Assembly: GCF_006345805.1 (NCBI RefSeq) | Contig: NC_043013.1 | Location: 58,032,001-58,096,000 of the forward strand | DNA from: Octopus sinensis | Lineage: Eukaryota | Direction: 5' to 3' | DNA: 64,000 nucleotides | Shown: positions 63,289 to 64,000 of the stretch, in pieces | Layout: each line of letters begins with the position of its first letter | How positions within the stretch are numbered: position 1 is the first letter of the stretch | Notes under the pieces: generated by a model | The model's input: only the letters and a program-made list of their open reading frames with translations | Databases searched by the model: none | What the model was told of the DNA's origin: nothing | Position numbers and translations under genes: made by a program

Positions 63289-64000
63289 TATATATATATA
63301 TATGAGTGTGTATGAACATACATATATATACATATATATGCATGTATATATATATATAATGTTAATATTATCGTGTTATATAATATGCGTATATATGTAC
63401 ACACTCATACAGATACATGCTACTTCATAACTATATAATACACTAATATAATTATATATATATGTGAATGTGTGTATGTGTATGTATGTATGTGTATGTG
63501 TGTGGCTATATTGATATGAATAAAATCATACATATATGTATCTATGTAAATGCATATATATACTTAAACATATGTGCATATGCATATATATGCATACATA
63601 CATGAATAAATATATGCATGTACGTATGTAACGTGGGAACTAAACGAAAACTGTATGAGAAGCAAATTGAAATGCAATATTCTTTGATGCTAGATTTGTA
63701 CTCAGATCACAAATTCTTCTTCTTTTATATAAAAAAAAAACAATAGAAAATCAAATTGATGGCAGTGTTGAGATATTAAGAAGTTGCTTATCAAAGCAGA
63801 ACAAGAGAAAAAAAGAGAGAAAGAACAAAATATTGGAAGAAGGGAAGAAGAAAGAAAGAAATGTGTAAATCCCTGTAAAATAATATATCGAGAAGATATT
63901 TGCAAATATGAGAAACAAATCATTGTCGAATAATTAAAGAACAAAGAAGCTGGAGTTAGGCAATTATTATTTTGGTTTATTGTTTTGTTTTGTCAATCTG

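Overview
AT-rich, microsatellite-dense eukaryotic DNA. The SINE and LINE families look like those I recall from Octopus or other cephalopod genomes; this is an inference and no search was run. I can support no host protein-coding gene: most short ORFs in the track are microsatellite artefacts or transposon remnants. The window is a transposon graveyard. It holds one Tc1 (DD34E), two maT/DD37D mariner copies (one broken by a local inversion), RTE, CR1-like and Tx1-like LINE remnants, four R4/Dong-type LINEs co-oriented in (TAA)n tracts, Helitron/Helentron-type non-autonomous elements, tRNA-derived SINEs, and many Penelope-like element (PLE) pieces of Neptune and Naiad type that end in (TA)n. 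The main signal not explained by the ORF track is a set of type I hammerhead ribozyme (HHR) motifs. (i) A canonical HHR with a long stem II at 51357-51456 lies inside a 593-nt non-coding, structured, partial tandem unit (retrozyme-like). (ii) A canonical-core HHR at 60941-61007 lies inside a ~150-bp inverted repeat. (iii) A head-to-head pair of HHRs forms a palindrome at 50541-50632. (iv) A recurrent non-canonical variant (CUGU-N-GA-A-stemII-GAAAC-GUH) occurs in four PLE terminal-repeat copies. Ribozyme activity is inferred from the motifs only and has not been demonstrated.
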